Assembly (NCBI RefSeq): GCF_006345805.1
Contig: NC_043007.1
Location: forward strand, 5,952,001-6,016,000
Length of the DNA: 64,000 nucleotides
From: Octopus sinensis
Taxonomy: Eukaryota
Direction: 5' to 3'
The notes below the pieces were generated by a model, which made no database searches, was not told the origin of the DNA, and saw only the letters and a program-made list of their open reading frames with translations. Numbering within the stretch: position 1 is the first letter of the stretch; each line of letters begins with the position of its first letter. A program made the translations under genes and the position numbers. This document shows, in pieces, positions 37,205 through 51,200 of this stretch.

Positions 37205-39510
37205 CAGTAGTTTTATTTTATTTTTATAGCGTGCTTTCACTTCACTACCGAGCAGCGCTCTGTGTGCCTGGGTATGTGCTGTGATTTGTTCTGATGCTCT
37301 GATGGTTATTGTATGGAAAGTGTTCTGCGGTAGGATGTGTGGCAGTGCCTAGTAGTGCAATTTTCTGTATGTTATATGTGTTTGTAAGTCCTGGTGTTTT
37401 TGTTATGTATTTGTCTGAATATTTTTTTATCATGCCTAATGCACCTACTATGATAGGAATTGTTTTGTTTCAGATTCCACATTCTAGTTACCTCTATTTC
37501 CAGGTCTTTGTATTTTGAGAGTTTCTCCATTTCTTTTAGAGGACACGTTGTCATCTGCCGGTACTGATACATCAATTAGAAAGCATTTTTTTTCTTCATG
37601 GTCTCTGACAACTATATCTGGTCTGTTGCCTTAATTCTCTATCTGTGTGTATCGGCATATCCCAGAGTATGGTTGCTTTTCGTTTTCTGTGACCTTTCTG
37701 GTGTGTGCCTATACCATCTTTTCTGTTGTATTCGATAATGTTGGCATAGCTTCCATGTATGTAAGTTCCAACTCTGTCATGTCTGTGAATATATTCCTTT
37801 AGCCAGGACTGGGCAGCTAGAGATAATATGATTATTGTTTCTTGTCCATCTCCACATATTCTGCAGTTACTTGTAATATTTCTTTTCATTACATGTTTTT
37901 GGTAATTTTGGTGGGGAGGCTTGGTCTTGTGCTGCAATTTAAATATCCCCTGGTTCTGCTTTGAGTCCTGAGCGTCTCAAAATTGCTGGGATTTTCTTTG
38001 TCTATTTCTTTTGAGTTTAGTTTAGTCCAGTATTTACCATGAAGAGGCTTTTCTTGATCGTTTTATCATGGTTCGTTGCTGTTCTATTTTTAGTTTGGAT
38101 TCATTGGTTTTATAGCTTTTGTTGTTTCTTCATCTCTTATTCTTCTCTTCATGTTTATTAGGTGGTATGATTTCTTGTTTGTATTGTCAGCTTCCTTAAA
38201 TACGAGTTTCCTTCCTTCTGAAGTAGATATTTTGCAGTGTCCTATGGTGGTTATTTTATAGTAGTTTTCCAGCTGTATAAGGCCTCTACCACCTTCTATA
38301 CGTTGTATATATAGTCTTTCTATGTCAGATTTTGGGTGATGCATCCTAGATCCTGTCATTATTTTTCTTGTTTTCCTGTCTATTTTGGTCAGTTCATTTC
38401 GTGTCCAGTTAAGGATATTGTAGCTGTAACTTATAACTGGGACAGCTAAAGTGTTGATACCTATTATCTTGTTTTTAGCATTGAGCTCTGTGTTTAGTAT
38501 TGATCTAACTCGTCTATAATATTCTTTTTTTATTTTCTCTTTCATTTGTGTGTGTGTTTGTCTTATCTAGTTCATGGATTCCTAAGTATTTGTAAGTTGG
38601 GCTTGGTTAATTCTTTTATTTCATTGGTTTTATCTAGTGTGATGTTGTTACTCTAACTAGTTTTCCTCTTTTCATGGTACTTTGGCGCATTTTTCTAATC
38701 CAAATTTCATATTATTTCTTTGGTAAATCCATGAACTGTCTTTAATAGGGTTTCTAGATGTTTGTCATTTGCAGCGTATAGTTTTAGGTCATCCATATAT
38801 AAAAGGTGGCTGATCGTTTTGCCGTCCCCACCGTAACATTTATATCCGCATCCAGTTCTACTTAGCATATCAGATAAGAGGTGACAGTGCCAAGCAGAAA
38901 AGGAGAGGAGAGAGCGTATCTCCCTGGAATATTCCTCTTCTAATGGGGATGTCTTTGGTTTTCATGAGTCCCTCTTTCATGAGTCCCTCTTTTGTTGGAG
39001 GTGTAGGACTGTTTGCCATTTATTCATAGAGTGCTCTATGAATTTTATGATTGTTGGTGCTACTTTGTTAATGGCTAGTGTTTCGAGGATCCATGTGTGG
39101 GGGATGCTATCAAACGCCTTTTTGTAGTCAATCCAGGCCATACTGAGGCCTTTCTTCTTCTGTGGCTGTCTTCAGTTATGGCTTTATTAATCATTAGTTG
39201 ATCTTTACAGCCATATGAGCCTTTGCGGCATCCTTTCTGCTCTTCTGGGAACAGTTTGTATTCGTCCAGGTGCTTGTTCAGCCTTGTGATATCACTGCAG
39301 TAAATGCCTTGAACATAGTAGGGAGGCAGGTTATTGGTCTGTAGTTTTCTGGTTTTGTTTGTTTCATTTGATTTGGGAATTAAGATGGTTTTCCCCTTCG
39401 TGAGCCATTCAGGCATTGTCTCTGGCTCTGCTAGTACGTTGTTAAAGTTTTCAGCCATCTTTTTGTGCATTCCTGTTAGATATTTCACCAGAAGTTGGAG
39501 ATCTTGTCAT
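37205..39510 (-). mobile_element. Dong/R4 family A, 5'-truncated
   Basis: Reverse complement of family A from DKIPNFW through RT, CCHC, RLE and 3' UTR; (ATT)n on both sides. Confidence 0.93.
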
Positions 39511-39599
39511 TATTTATTATTATTTTATTATTATTATTATATTATTATATATTATTATTATATTATTATTATTATTATATTATTATTATCATTATTATT

Positions 39600-39630
<31 letters not shown>

Positions 39631-39812
39631 TATTATTATCATTATCATTATCAGCATTATTATTATTATTATCATTATTATTACTATTATTATCATTATT
39701 ATCATTATTATTATTATTATTATTATTACTATTATTATTATTATCATTATTATTATTACTATTATTATCATCATCATTATTATTATTATTATTATTGTCA
39801 TTATCATTATTA

Positions 39813-39862
<50 letters not shown>
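39511..39862. repeat. (ATT/ATC)n spacer
   Basis: Direct reading. Confidence 0.92.
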
Positions 39863-40416
39863 GAGTGAGAGAGCAGTGCATGCCATCAAAGTGACACTGG
39901 GGTAAAATATACGAAGCCCAATATACCCATCATGACTACCCGTCTGATAAGGGTACACCAGGCACATGCATCACAACCATATGTGCGCGACATGGTGATC
40001 TCATATCAAGATAAACAGCGCATGAGCTTACAGGTGAGGCCCAGTTAGAATTTTCTTCAGGTTGAGTAGCCCATCCCGCTCAAAAGGTCCCTGAATAAGG
40101 GTTGTTTAAGGATGTTGAAAGAACCACCCATGTTTCCAGAGGTGAATTATTCAAACCCCAAAGAATCGCTCTCAACACATGGCTATGATGCTCCCCCACT
40201 ACTTCTGCTCGTGATCAGAGATGCACATATCGTCAGCCACTAAGGGACATGCTCAACAGGTTAAGGTCAAACAACTGACAAGCAAATCTGTGGTATTGAG
40301 CAGAATATTTGCTGTAGCCCATCTTTTATACCAAGACAAAACAACGTACATGATAACACTTCCAATCAGTTAAGATCAGAAGCCATGAGAGCCACTGCCT
40401 GGTACTGCATCAGGGC

Positions 40417-40418
<2 letters not shown>
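39863..40418 (-). mobile_element. Element X copy 3, full-length (~556 bp), non-coding
   Basis: Flanked on both sides by (ATT)n; same 5' end as copy 1 and same 3' end as copy 2; no TIRs and no meaningful ORF. Confidence 0.88.
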
Positions 40419-40449
<31 letters not shown>

Positions 40450-40789
40450 CATTATTATTATTATTATTATTACTATTTCAATAAAAACAGGGGCAGTTGC
40501 TCCGAGCTTTAATATAGGTCATTCAGGTGACAGTGCCGACGTTTCGGTTTCCATAACTGTTAAACAGAACATAACCCAAAGAGCTTGCCAAGGGAAGTAG
40601 CCATCGGATTGGCTTAAAAGTCCGTTTGCTTGTTGTGGACCTTAAACATGAAGCACTCAAATAAATAACTGATTTCTGTCTGTCCCTTGCACAAGAACAC
40701 TTGTTAGATTCGGGATACTTCAGCGTTGTACAACGGGAACTTGAAACGAAACAGATTGTGTTTTTGTGTGCTTGGGTCACCCTGAAAAT

Positions 40790-41737
40790 GGAGAACGAAA
40801 ATGAACATTATGGACACCGCATGCTTTTTTATTGGAAAAAGTAAAATAAAATAAAATAAAGCAGCGAAAACTGGAGAAAGATGTCTTGAGTACGCAGAAG
40901 ATGCTCTAAGAGAAAGTATGTGCCAGAAGTGGTTTTCTAGATTTCGGTCGTGAAATTATTCGGTTCTTGGTGTACCTCGCACTGGTCGGATAACTCAGCT
41001 TCACAGCGGCAATCAGTTGAATGAGGCCAATCTCGACCAGAGGATTTCCATCTGCGATGCGTTGTAGAAACGTGAAGAAAATGATCCCTCTTTTGAAGAG
41101 AATGATGGCAGCGGCTGGAAGATGGATATTCTATGACAACATGAAATGCATGCTATCATGCGTGAATCGAAGCGAACAGCGGAAATAACATTCTTATCTA
41201 AGACTCCACCCGATGAAGGTTATGTCTTCAATTTGGTGGGATTGTAAGTCTTTTACCTGCTTCTCTCCTCAATTCGGATGTGTACTGAGGCCAGCTGGAT
41301 AAATTCAGCGCAGCGATCAACCTGAAGCGTCCAAAACTTGCTAATTGTAAAATTGTTGTCTTTCACCAATACAATGCCAGATCGCACACTCCTTTGCAAA
41401 CGCAGAAGAAATTTACTGCGGGTTAGCTGGTAAGTTTTGCCGCGCATGCCCTATTTGTCCGACCCTGCGCCTTCAGTTTTCTGTTTCAATCTCTTCGAAA
41501 TTTATTGAATGAACAGACCTTCAATTCTAAAGCCGATATAAAAATTTACCTGGGAGATTTTTTCACCCGTAAAGACAGGAAACTCTTTGAACAGGTAATA
41601 ATGGATCAGTCCACAATATGGCAGATGATATTAAAAAGAAATGGTAATTATATCATTGATTAGATAAATCACTTTGTGTTTAAAACTTTTGTCATATTTT
41701 CGCTTAAAAAACCGAACGAGCATTTCGGCCAACCCAG
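40790..41737 (+). mobile_element. Mariner-like transposon relic
   Basis: MENENEH, CQKWFSRFRS, WIFYDN, HPMKVM..WW, KRPKLAN..FHQYNARSH, WQMILKRNGNYIID*; ends ..TTTCGGCCAACCCAG-TA. Confidence 0.8.
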
Positions 41738-41790
41738 TAATTTTAGAGCTCACTTTTTTGTGATTTATGAAATAAGATGATATCCGTGCA

Positions 41791-42779
41791 AGTCGCATTG
41801 TTGGGTTTTAGTTGTGGGTCCGTTCATGCAATGATTGGACTGAATGTGTGTTTGAGTAGTGTTTATACAGTGTTTTGTTAAGAGCGTAAAATGTGAAGTG
41901 GGGAAAAGGAACACTAAAACTAGAGGTATGAAAACCCGTCAAGAAAAGAATTGATGCCTGTCTGAAAAATGAATTCTGACAGAGAGTCCTCTCTACTGTA
42001 GACACAGAATCTACTCAGAAATATGGTAGAGACGGGAACTTATCGACGCTCAACTGGAAGTTATTTCCTTGACACTAAGAAGATAAAAGGCAAAGTCAAC
42101 CTCTGTGGATACCCAGAAGGAACAGACGGACGAAATGCCGTCAATCATTTTGTTCGGTGCGCTCACGATTCTGCCAGCATGCAATAATAATAATGCATTT
42201 TACTATAAGGCACAAGACCCGAAATTACGGAGAAGCGGTGTAGTCGATCACATCAGTTCCAGTGCTAACTAGAAGTTCTTTCCCCCCACTGAAAGAATTA
42301 AGAAAACTCGGCCTCGGTGGTGTTTGAACTCAGAACGTACAACAGAGAATATGCTGCTAAATGATTTTTATCCCGGGGGCTGCTGACGATTCTGCCAACA
42401 CCCCGCGTTACAGTTCTGACATCAGACCCCTTCGTAGTTCTGACAGTTAATAAATTATCTCTGGAATAAAAGGATTTGTAAATGAAAATGAATGAAGGAA
42501 AAAAATGCAGAGAAATACGTAAAGGAGCGCAGGACTCAGTATAGAGAAAGAAGGACTAGGAGAGAGTACAATATAAGAATATATAACAACAGAACACATT
42601 GCCTACATACACTTTACTTGTTCGGGTGAAAAGAAAACACGGAATGAAAATAGGAACATTGAAAAGAAGATATAACACTTTATTGTTTATTGTTCATATA
42701 TATATGAACAACAAATATATATATTTAATTGTATATGTACATATACATATATATATACATAATTTAATTGTATATGTAC

Positions 42780-42852
<73 letters not shown>

Positions 42853-42895
42853 GATATATATATACATATATATATATTCATATATATATATAATA

Positions 42896-42928
<33 letters not shown>

Positions 42929-44146
42929 TTCTGTAGAATATTTACGATAGTAATTGGTCAAAATATGTTAAAAGTATCATAAACAAAGAACTAATTCTCT
43001 GGCTGATCAGATCAGAAGCTGTTGAAGCACCTCTTACTCCAGATATAATGTATTCGAAGCTGAATTTAGACGTTGCAACGTTCATGATTTCAAAGTCAAC
43101 AATATTAAGTATTCTTGTTATTTCCAATTCCGGGTCTAAGGGGTAAGGATCATGTATCAGTGGATACAGTAAGAACTGGTAGCGATGGATTCCAGAGTGC
43201 CGAGTAGGGTTGCTGTAAGCTGTTGAAGGGGAGAATAAAAGAAAAATAATTTATATAAACATATGCATATATCATCATTTCTGCTACGAAAATATAAAAG
43301 CTACATCCAACTACAAGAATTACCAACGCAACCCATAATTTCTTTGTAGATTGGCTGAAGGTTTATGCTAAAATATTTACGTTGTCATAAAAACAGTTGA
43401 AGTTAACATTTTCACAGAGAAACAGAAATGGAATTTGGTCGAAAGGAATGTTCATATTTGACTTTTGAACGTGGAAATTCAGTCTCTCAGACTCAAAACC
43501 TGTTCATCGACAGTTTCTCTCTATCAATGCTTAAAAAATTTAGGCATTGATGAAAACCTAAACAAAGGTGTTATGGATAAAGACAAAATGGCTGGAGAAT
43601 ATTACGTCTGACTTAGAAAAAATAAAGTAGGCGGATAAGAGTATCCGGGGAGGAGATCTGCAGTATGAGTAATGATACACCAGCATTGGGGATAGTTGAC
43701 TGGTCTGTAAAGAAAATCCTTTGCAGAGACATTAAAGCCAGTCGTGACATCAACAGGAAACTTACACAGAAACAGTGATAGAGGCAAACGTGGTCGAGGC
43801 TTGAGATCAGTGCAGATGGCGTTCGAATGGCCGTAGACCGTTTTTCTCTCTCTCTCTTCCTCTCTCTCTTCTCTCTCTCTCTCTCTCTCTCTCTTTCTTC
43901 CTCTCTCTACCTCTTTTACTCTCTCACTCCCTCTCACTCATTCTCTCACTCATTTATCATTTTCTCTCAGATAGCACCTGTTAAACAACAACAGTAAAAG
44001 TAAATACATAAACCAAGACCTGTAAAACGAAGAGAGTAATATCCCAGGAGTCAGCAGTAAACCCTTCAGGAAGCATCCACTTCCTGATGATCTCCAGCAC
44101 AACCCAAAGCAACCGGACTAACATACCCCAAAGTAAATCCGAATGT
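41791..44146 (-). repeat. Right arm of the ~2.4-kb inverted duplication (partner 3883-6310)
   Basis: Colinear reverse-complement match. Confidence 0.9.
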
Positions 44147-44199
44147 CAACCATAAAGAAAAAAAAAGACGTCATGTTCAGGAAATAATCTCCTCTATGT

Positions 44200-45273
44200 T
44201 TGTTCAGCTTACTTCCTTAAATGTTGTTTCGTTAAGAAAAGTAAAGCTCCCGAAATTGCTTCCCCTTTAAACTTCCTCGGGTTATGTAAATACTTCTCAA
44301 GAATGAAGCTTTCGACATTTCTTCTCTTATTATATCTATGCATAAGTCTTTCACGAAGATTTAGAGCCAAAGGGTTGCCGACGATATTAAGTATATACAA
44401 TAGAAATTCTATAGAATATTCCTCTTTCAGTAAATCCGTATCCTCAGCGCAAATAGCCTTGAAAATAATTTCTACTGGATGCAGAATTTCATATGGTAAA
44501 TCGAGAGATTTCTATTCTTCGTTAGCTATGGCATCTGTGGAAAGTACTGCTCGTAGAGCATTTGGAATGCAGCTTTTCAATTTCAAAAATCTCTCAATCA
44601 TATGGAATGTGCTATTCCACCTAGTTCTGCAATCCAGTATAATTTTATATTCTCTGTTATCAAAGTTCGTCGTACAGCCAACAATTTGCATATCCGAATT
44701 CACGGGGATGTCCTCTCACAAATTGCTCTGTTCTCCTGCTATTAAGGGAGCCATGGATCTCAGTAAGACCCAACGACCAATAATTCTCTTTCCTATGAAC
44801 ATTTATGTTCATATATCGTTTATTTTGAATTGATGTGTATTCATCCAATGTCAATGAGTAGCGAATCCCCAGCGCTTCTTCTTTTTCAAAATAATAACTT
44901 CTTCTTTCTTGGTTATGTAATAATTCTTTACCATATTCCTGACTCTGTTTGCAGATGTTGGTTGTAATTTATCATATTTGCCTCTCTGACTATGAAGATT
45001 TCTCTGTATAAAATCGCTTTTGGCGATTGAATTGAAAGAGAATCCATCTATAGCAGATAAATTTGAAACTTCTTCCATTGATTTCTTTGTTAAAATATGT
45101 TCCATAGTTGTTGTCATTTTCACAGGAGGCTGGTTTGTATTTTGATTTATGTCGATTTGATGAAGTTTCTTCAAGTGCAAGATCAGAGACGTAGTAGATC
45201 CTCCAGAAGACTTCATGATCTTATCACACTTTATTGCATTGAGCTTCATCTTTGTTTTTCCTAACGAAAACAT
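44200..45273 (-). mobile_element. hAT-family transposase relic, internally deleted
   Basis: BED-finger-like KCDKIMKSSGGSTTSLILHLKKLH; ILDCRTRWNSTFHMIERFLKLK. Confidence 0.85.
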
Positions 45274-45721
45274 TCCAAACAGCTGATTTTCTTTTTATTA
45301 TGCTACGGCTAATGAAAATAATTAAGAAAACATTTAGTTAGTGTTACTTCCTTGAAATGAATCTGGAACTGGTTATTACATATGCTCAACGGGAGAGATC
45401 ACCTGACTGAAGACTAAAAGCATCCCTTTGACTTGCTATGAATAAACCTAGTTACCTCCAAATTCCAAGAGTCAGCCAGGGGTTAGCTAAGAAAAGGTGC
45501 TGATATGCGATATGTTTCAATGAAACAGACAGCACTCGCAACTAAAGGCAGTCTAGTTAGTTAAGTTTCAACGATATCTCTTCAAAAGAAAAAAATAGAG
45601 AAATGTTTTGCGAAAAAAAAAGAAAAAGAAACAGCAAGCATTAAAATCGGTTTTGGCAAATCAGTGTCGGTTTTACTGATCAGGGTTTTAACCGGTTTTA
45701 TAAAACCGGTTTCGAAGACTA

Positions 45722-46270
45722 GTAGGAGTCCCTCTTTTGTCTGGAGCTGTAGTACTGTCTGCCATTTATTCATGGAATATGTTATATATTTTATGATTAT
45801 TGGTTCGTGGCTAGTGTTTCGAGGATCCATGTGTTGGGAATACTATCAAAAGCTTTTCGGTAATCGATCCAGTCCATACTTAGACCCTTCTTTCTGCAGC
45901 TGTCTTCAGTTATGGCTTTATTGATCATTAGCTGATTTTTACAGCTGTATGCACCCTTGCAGCCTCCCTTTTGCTCTTCTGGGAACAGGTTGTTTTCTTC
46001 CAAATGCTTTCTCATTCTCTACGATATTTTTGCTGTGGCTTACATTTTGCACTCCTTGAGTGACCTCTTCAGTTGTTATATGGGTCCAGAGTTGTTCAGG
46101 CACAGAGTTCGTTGTTTTGATAGACATTTTCAGAGGTTGTTGTTCCTTTGCCGACCGTATTTCTTTCTAAAATTAGTCTACTTCTTCTGCTGTTGGTGCC
46201 TGATTGTTTGTTTGTTGAGCGCAGCGGTCTTCGTCCCTTTAGTGGAAGAAGTCCGAAACGTGGTCCTTTG
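45722..46270 (-). mobile_element. Older Dong/R4 family A-like RT fragment
   Basis: LFPEEQKGGCKGAYSCKNQLMINKAITEDS..WIDYRKAFDSIP; substitutions relative to the young A copies. Confidence 0.8.
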
Positions 46271-46384
46271 CTATTCGTAAGACCCGCAGAAGAGAAAGCA
46301 GATCAACCCCTGACACCGAGAGCATCGACGGATGAATGAATGCGCATCCTGGCTCAGCGGTTGCGTAAGAAGTCGGGGACAAGA

Positions 46385-46582
46385 AACAGGAAGAAAGAGT
46401 GAGAGAAAGTTGGAGCGAAAGAGTACAACAGGGGTCGCCACCACCCCCTGCCGGAGCCTCGGAGTTTTATGTGTTTTCGTTAAGCATATATATAAACATA
46501 CACAACGCCCGGTCTTGGAATCGAAACCGCGATCCTCCGACCGCGAGTCCGCTGCCCTAACCATTGGGCCATTGCGCCTCCA
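46385..46582 (-). mobile_element. tRNA-derived SINE
   Basis: GGAGGCGCAATGGCCCAATGGTTAGG (A box), GGTTTCGATTCC (B box), then non-tRNA body. Confidence 0.8.
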
Positions 46583-46660
46583 CTGCTGTTGGTGCATATA
46601 CATACATACATACATACATACATACATACATACATACATGAATATATATAGATATGTATA

Positions 46661-46696
<36 letters not shown>

Positions 46697-47727
46697 TGTA
46701 TGTATATGTATATGTGTGTGTGTGTCAGTGTCTGTGTGCGCTCACATTGTGTGTGTGTATACATCCACGAATGCATACATCCATTTATACATAACATTTA
46801 ATGTACGCAATAGCAGGAAGGTTCACCGAACAAAGCACTGATCTTGACAGGCTTTTTACAAACAGGTTTTTACAACACGCCTTGTGTCTCCAAGCAATCC
46901 AGAGGCTCTGAGCATATGGTCTATTCTCTTCAGAAATAGAACGAACCATGCGCTCAGAGCCTGAGATTGCTTGGAGGTACAAAACAAGAAACTATTACCA
47001 GCTCGAATCTTTATTCTGTGCACATTCAATGATATTTATCTCTCACTGGATCGTGTTTGTATGGCGTAGATTTTTGTTTATTTACTTAACGGAACAACAA
47101 ATTATATTGATAACCTCACGCGTGCCCACGCACGTATGCATGCATATATGTATGTATGTTTGTCTGTATGTGTGTATGTATGTATGTACATGCATGTATC
47201 ACTATTGAGTAACAATGAAAATATTACTTACGTAGCAAATCGCTTGATGCTGCTGTTACTCCCTCTTTCAGTTGTGTGGGCTGCAATTATAATTTCATTA
47301 AGAATACATTGATACTTACATGCTTCCATACATAAATATGCACACACACAAACATATACTTACGTAATCATATAGAAATGTTTTTGTTGTTGTTGTTCTA
47401 CCCACAATAGTAATATTTATTCAATAACGTATCTTCATTTATTCAAGTAGTAGCTGTAATACCCGTCATTGATCGGGTAATTACTTTTACTCTTTCTCGA
47501 GGGCCATATTCAAATTGTTATTATTTTTTTGCTAAAACAATTTGAATCCTATGTATAACCGTAAAAAATTAACAATATGAAGGTTTTTATTCTTCATTCC
47601 CTTCGAAATAACTCTTAAATGTGGTTTCGGTCGTTTTGACTGCTTTTTCTAGCGTGTAAAATTACATGTTAAATCTAATTTCTCTTGTGTCTAAATATAC
47701 ACTATTTTATAGTTTGATACTTAGATA

Positions 47728-48870
47728 GGTTTCGGCCAGTATTGGCCCAGGTGATATCTAACTTAATGGCACCACTTGGCGAAGCCATTCAGTTCAGGAA
47801 TCGGATAACATGGCTCACTTAAGTAAAGGGTTATGGTTTACGGAGACATATCCGGGTGTAGAGCTTTGCCCGGCATTTATTGAATGAATTTGTCCAAAGA
47901 GTTCTTAAACTTTATGATGTCTATTTCTGTTTTAATGTGTTTTGATGAAATATTAAACAGAACGGGGCCAATTGAGGTGAACTAATTGTGCCGTATTATT
48001 GTTATGAGATGCGAATGTGATCTATGGTGTGGGCGGGTAGCACGGGGCCCAAATCTGGATATATCTTAAGTTGATACGAACATCATTTGGGCAATGCTGC
48101 TGATATATTTTCTACATCATGCAGATGAAGCAGTGATCAAACCGAGAATAAAGCTCGAGCTTTTCTTGTCAACCTCAATAGACAAAGCCTGTCATGTCAT
48201 CTATTATTTTGTAATTGACCTTTGAAACGGTTCAACTTTCATGATATTTTGTTTCGTTTGGGGAGACCACAGTGGACAACATTATTCAAGGTGGGGTCAA
48301 GCAAAAACGGAGAACAGAAGGATAATTGTGTGAATATTTTTCGACTGGAAAGTTTTGAGAATTCAGTAACACATTCTGCGGGCTATGTCAACTTTGCTGT
48401 TTACATGAGCGGCCCAGCTTACGTTGTTGTCCACAATTACTCCCAAGTCGTCTCTGATGTTGTTGGATGCTATGAGAGTTTCACCTGATGAAAGGGATTA
48501 TGGGAGTTTCAGGGTATCCTACTTTCCGAAGTGGATTAACTCAAATTTGTCCTCGTTCAGCAGCATATTATTAATTTTCCACTTATTGGATCTGACTGAA
48601 GGCATGTCCAGTCACCCAATCCATTGATGACCTTCAGGATCATGGAATCATCTGCAAAGTGCCTTGTGAAATGCCGCTACTAATTTTGGCTGGGCTTGAT
48701 TTTACTCCTTCGACTACAACGTGTCAAGTTCTGTCAGTCAGGAAATACTTGATCCATTGTAGCATCATTCCACAGACACCAATGTTCGATAGTTTTTTAA
48801 GAGAATCTTATCATCAACCCTGCTGAAATCAAAGTAGTTGGCATCGGTGTTGGAGCCTTGTCCTAAAGCT
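47728..48870 (-). mobile_element. CR1/L2-group LINE 3' part (degraded)
   Basis: YFDFSRVD..KILLKKL, RHFADDS, DDLGVIVDNN, PHLE*CCPLWSP, GPVLFNI..FKNSLDKF; 3' stem-loop GGCC-AATACT-GGCC. Confidence 0.8.
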
Positions 48871-48879
48871 TGCTCAAGT

Positions 48880-48952
48880 TGGCACGCAATGGGACTGAAC
48901 ACGGAACCTTGTGGTTAGGTAGCTAGTTTCTTACCAAACAGCCACGCCTATG
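48880..48952 (-). mobile_element. tRNA-derived SINE head
   Basis: GGCGTGGCTGTTTGGTAAG..AACCACAAGGTTCCGTGTTCAGTCC. Confidence 0.55.
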
Positions 48953-48996
48953 CCTATATATGCACATACATATATGTGATATATATATATATATAT

Positions 48997-49069
<73 letters not shown>

Positions 49070-50288
49070 ATATATAGCATATATATATATAGCATATATA
49101 TATATATATATAAATATATAGCATAAATATATTTATATATATATTTATATACGCACTTGAATATATCATAGATCTTACACGTATTACTATTTTACTACAC
49201 ACACATACACTCACATACAAGCACATACATACACACACACACACATGCACAATGTCGGATAAATGAAAAGATGCATTCATTTAAAACTAGCCACTGCACA
49301 TGAACACACAGATTTTATCAATTTCAATTCCTATATACATTACTGTTAATAATTGAACGAAAACATTATCGAACATATTGCCTCCCCAGTTACTGTAAAT
49401 ATTTATTTAACTCTTCCCCTGATACCACCAACAACCACATACGAATTTAAAGCATTTTCACCAACAAGAGCTAGTTATATAATCATGAAATTATGACAAC
49501 ATCATTAATTAGAAAGAATATGTTTTAAAAGTGTTGAAACCGGTAAATTACAGAAATATTTGATTTCTTTCATAATGTTTTAGCGCAGGTTTCAGTGAAA
49601 TTTCTCAATATTCAGTATGATTTATCAGTTAAACAATTTCTTGAATCTCTTCGCTATTTATATGTATGTATGTGTGTATTTGCTTGTATTTGTGTGTATG
49701 AATATGTGCATCTGTGTGCATGTGTATGCATCTTTGCGTGTATGCATGTGTGCAAGTGTGTGTATGTGTGTGTAAGTGTGTGTATGTGAGTGCGCGGTGC
49801 GTTCCAATTTGTAAAATTATATACGCATATTGGTGCTAAAATTAACAGTTGCATGTATGAATGCACATATCTGCATAAAAAGATAATACATTTACCAAAA
49901 AATATCTATTATACTTACGGTGATATGTGCCTTTATCCAATGCGGATACACCATTTCAGAATTCGGAAATTCGTCCGCATCTATCATGAGCAATAAATAT
50001 GTTTGTGCTGGCAGAGTTGCATTTGCCTAATAAAACAATTTTTTTAATTGGGAAAAATTTATTTTATTAAATTATACATACAAACATACGAGCTTATTAG
50101 GAAGTTGGCATGCATATATATATAGTGGTTAAGATGTTGCACAAAAGATCTGGCGATTGTGATTTCAATTGCTAGATCGGATGGTTCATTGCATACTTGA
50201 AGAAAATATCTCATCACACGTTAATCTGCGATCACTTACCACGCCCTCACGCTGTTTCTTTTTGCTCTTAATTTTTTGGATTTATTAT

Positions 50289-50335
<47 letters not shown>

Positions 50336-51200
50336 GTAAATGTGGAACGATAAAAATGAGTGCTCTGCACCGCATTGGTGGATAGGATTTCTTTGTTTGC
50401 GTGATAAGGCTAACGTTAGTTTCATGTTAAGGGAAAAATAGAAATATTTTAATATCTTCATTTCTTTTAGCCGATCAAATGGAGGAATTGTGTTCGTCAC
50501 CATTTTGGATAAAAGCAGTAAATCTCGTTGAATTCTCGGAGATTCTCATAAAGGAAACGATAAATCAATGTGAGCTACTCTTGGGTGACATCTTTCGACT
50601 GGTTAACCCTCTTGAATTTGACTTTTGGGTAAACAGTCACGTAAATGGTAAATTTGTTTGCGCTATCTTATATTATATTCTGGGTGTATATGATCTTCTT
50701 ATTCTTGTGTACTGAGGTAGTTCGTCAAGGGGGAATATTTCTACTGTGTGTCGAGTACCTGTGTTATGTATATTCCCATTTCTCGTATAAAGAAGGGGCA
50801 ATCGTGGCGGCATTAGTGGCGCATGTGGTGTGTCCTCATAAGTGCTTAAATGTGAAATACTTTTTCAATATGTAGGGCGAGATTTCACCCCTAATATTTA
50901 GGATGAAACTTGTCGAGTGAATGTCATTTAGTTTTACAGTGACAGAGAATCCAAATTTGTTACACGGCCCTCTTTATTTTCTGGCTTTTGCAATGATGCT
51001 CCATTTAATGTAGAGGTGACATTTTCTACCGTCTTTTAATGTCCATATATGTGTGTGTATGTGTGTTTCTATATAACATCCGTATCATACTGGATAGAGA
51101 TGATTTATATATATATATATGTAAATATAATATGTAACAATTATTCGGTAGCCAAGATAAAACTATTGAAACATTTTTCATACCGCTTATCCGATGGCCG

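Noticed and set aside
40340-40418. HDV-like ribozyme or Pol III A/B boxes at the 5' end of element X
   Set aside because: Only partial hairpins; L3, P1.1 and P4 do not fit, and there is no A/B box consensus
40533-40572. GAAAC-GTC half of a hammerhead on the minus strand, downstream of a possible GIY-YIG scrap (40600-40780)
   Set aside because: The CUGANGA half reads CUGUUUA and the peptide similarity is too weak to call
46500-46582. Functional tRNA genes here and at 32745, 34100, 48880 and 59320
   Set aside because: A/B boxes are present but there is no complete cloverleaf and each continues into SINE body sequence
47728-47752. GGCC/GGCC stem followed by GAAAC
   Set aside because: No CUGANGA; better explained as the 3' stem-loop of the adjacent CR1/L2 element
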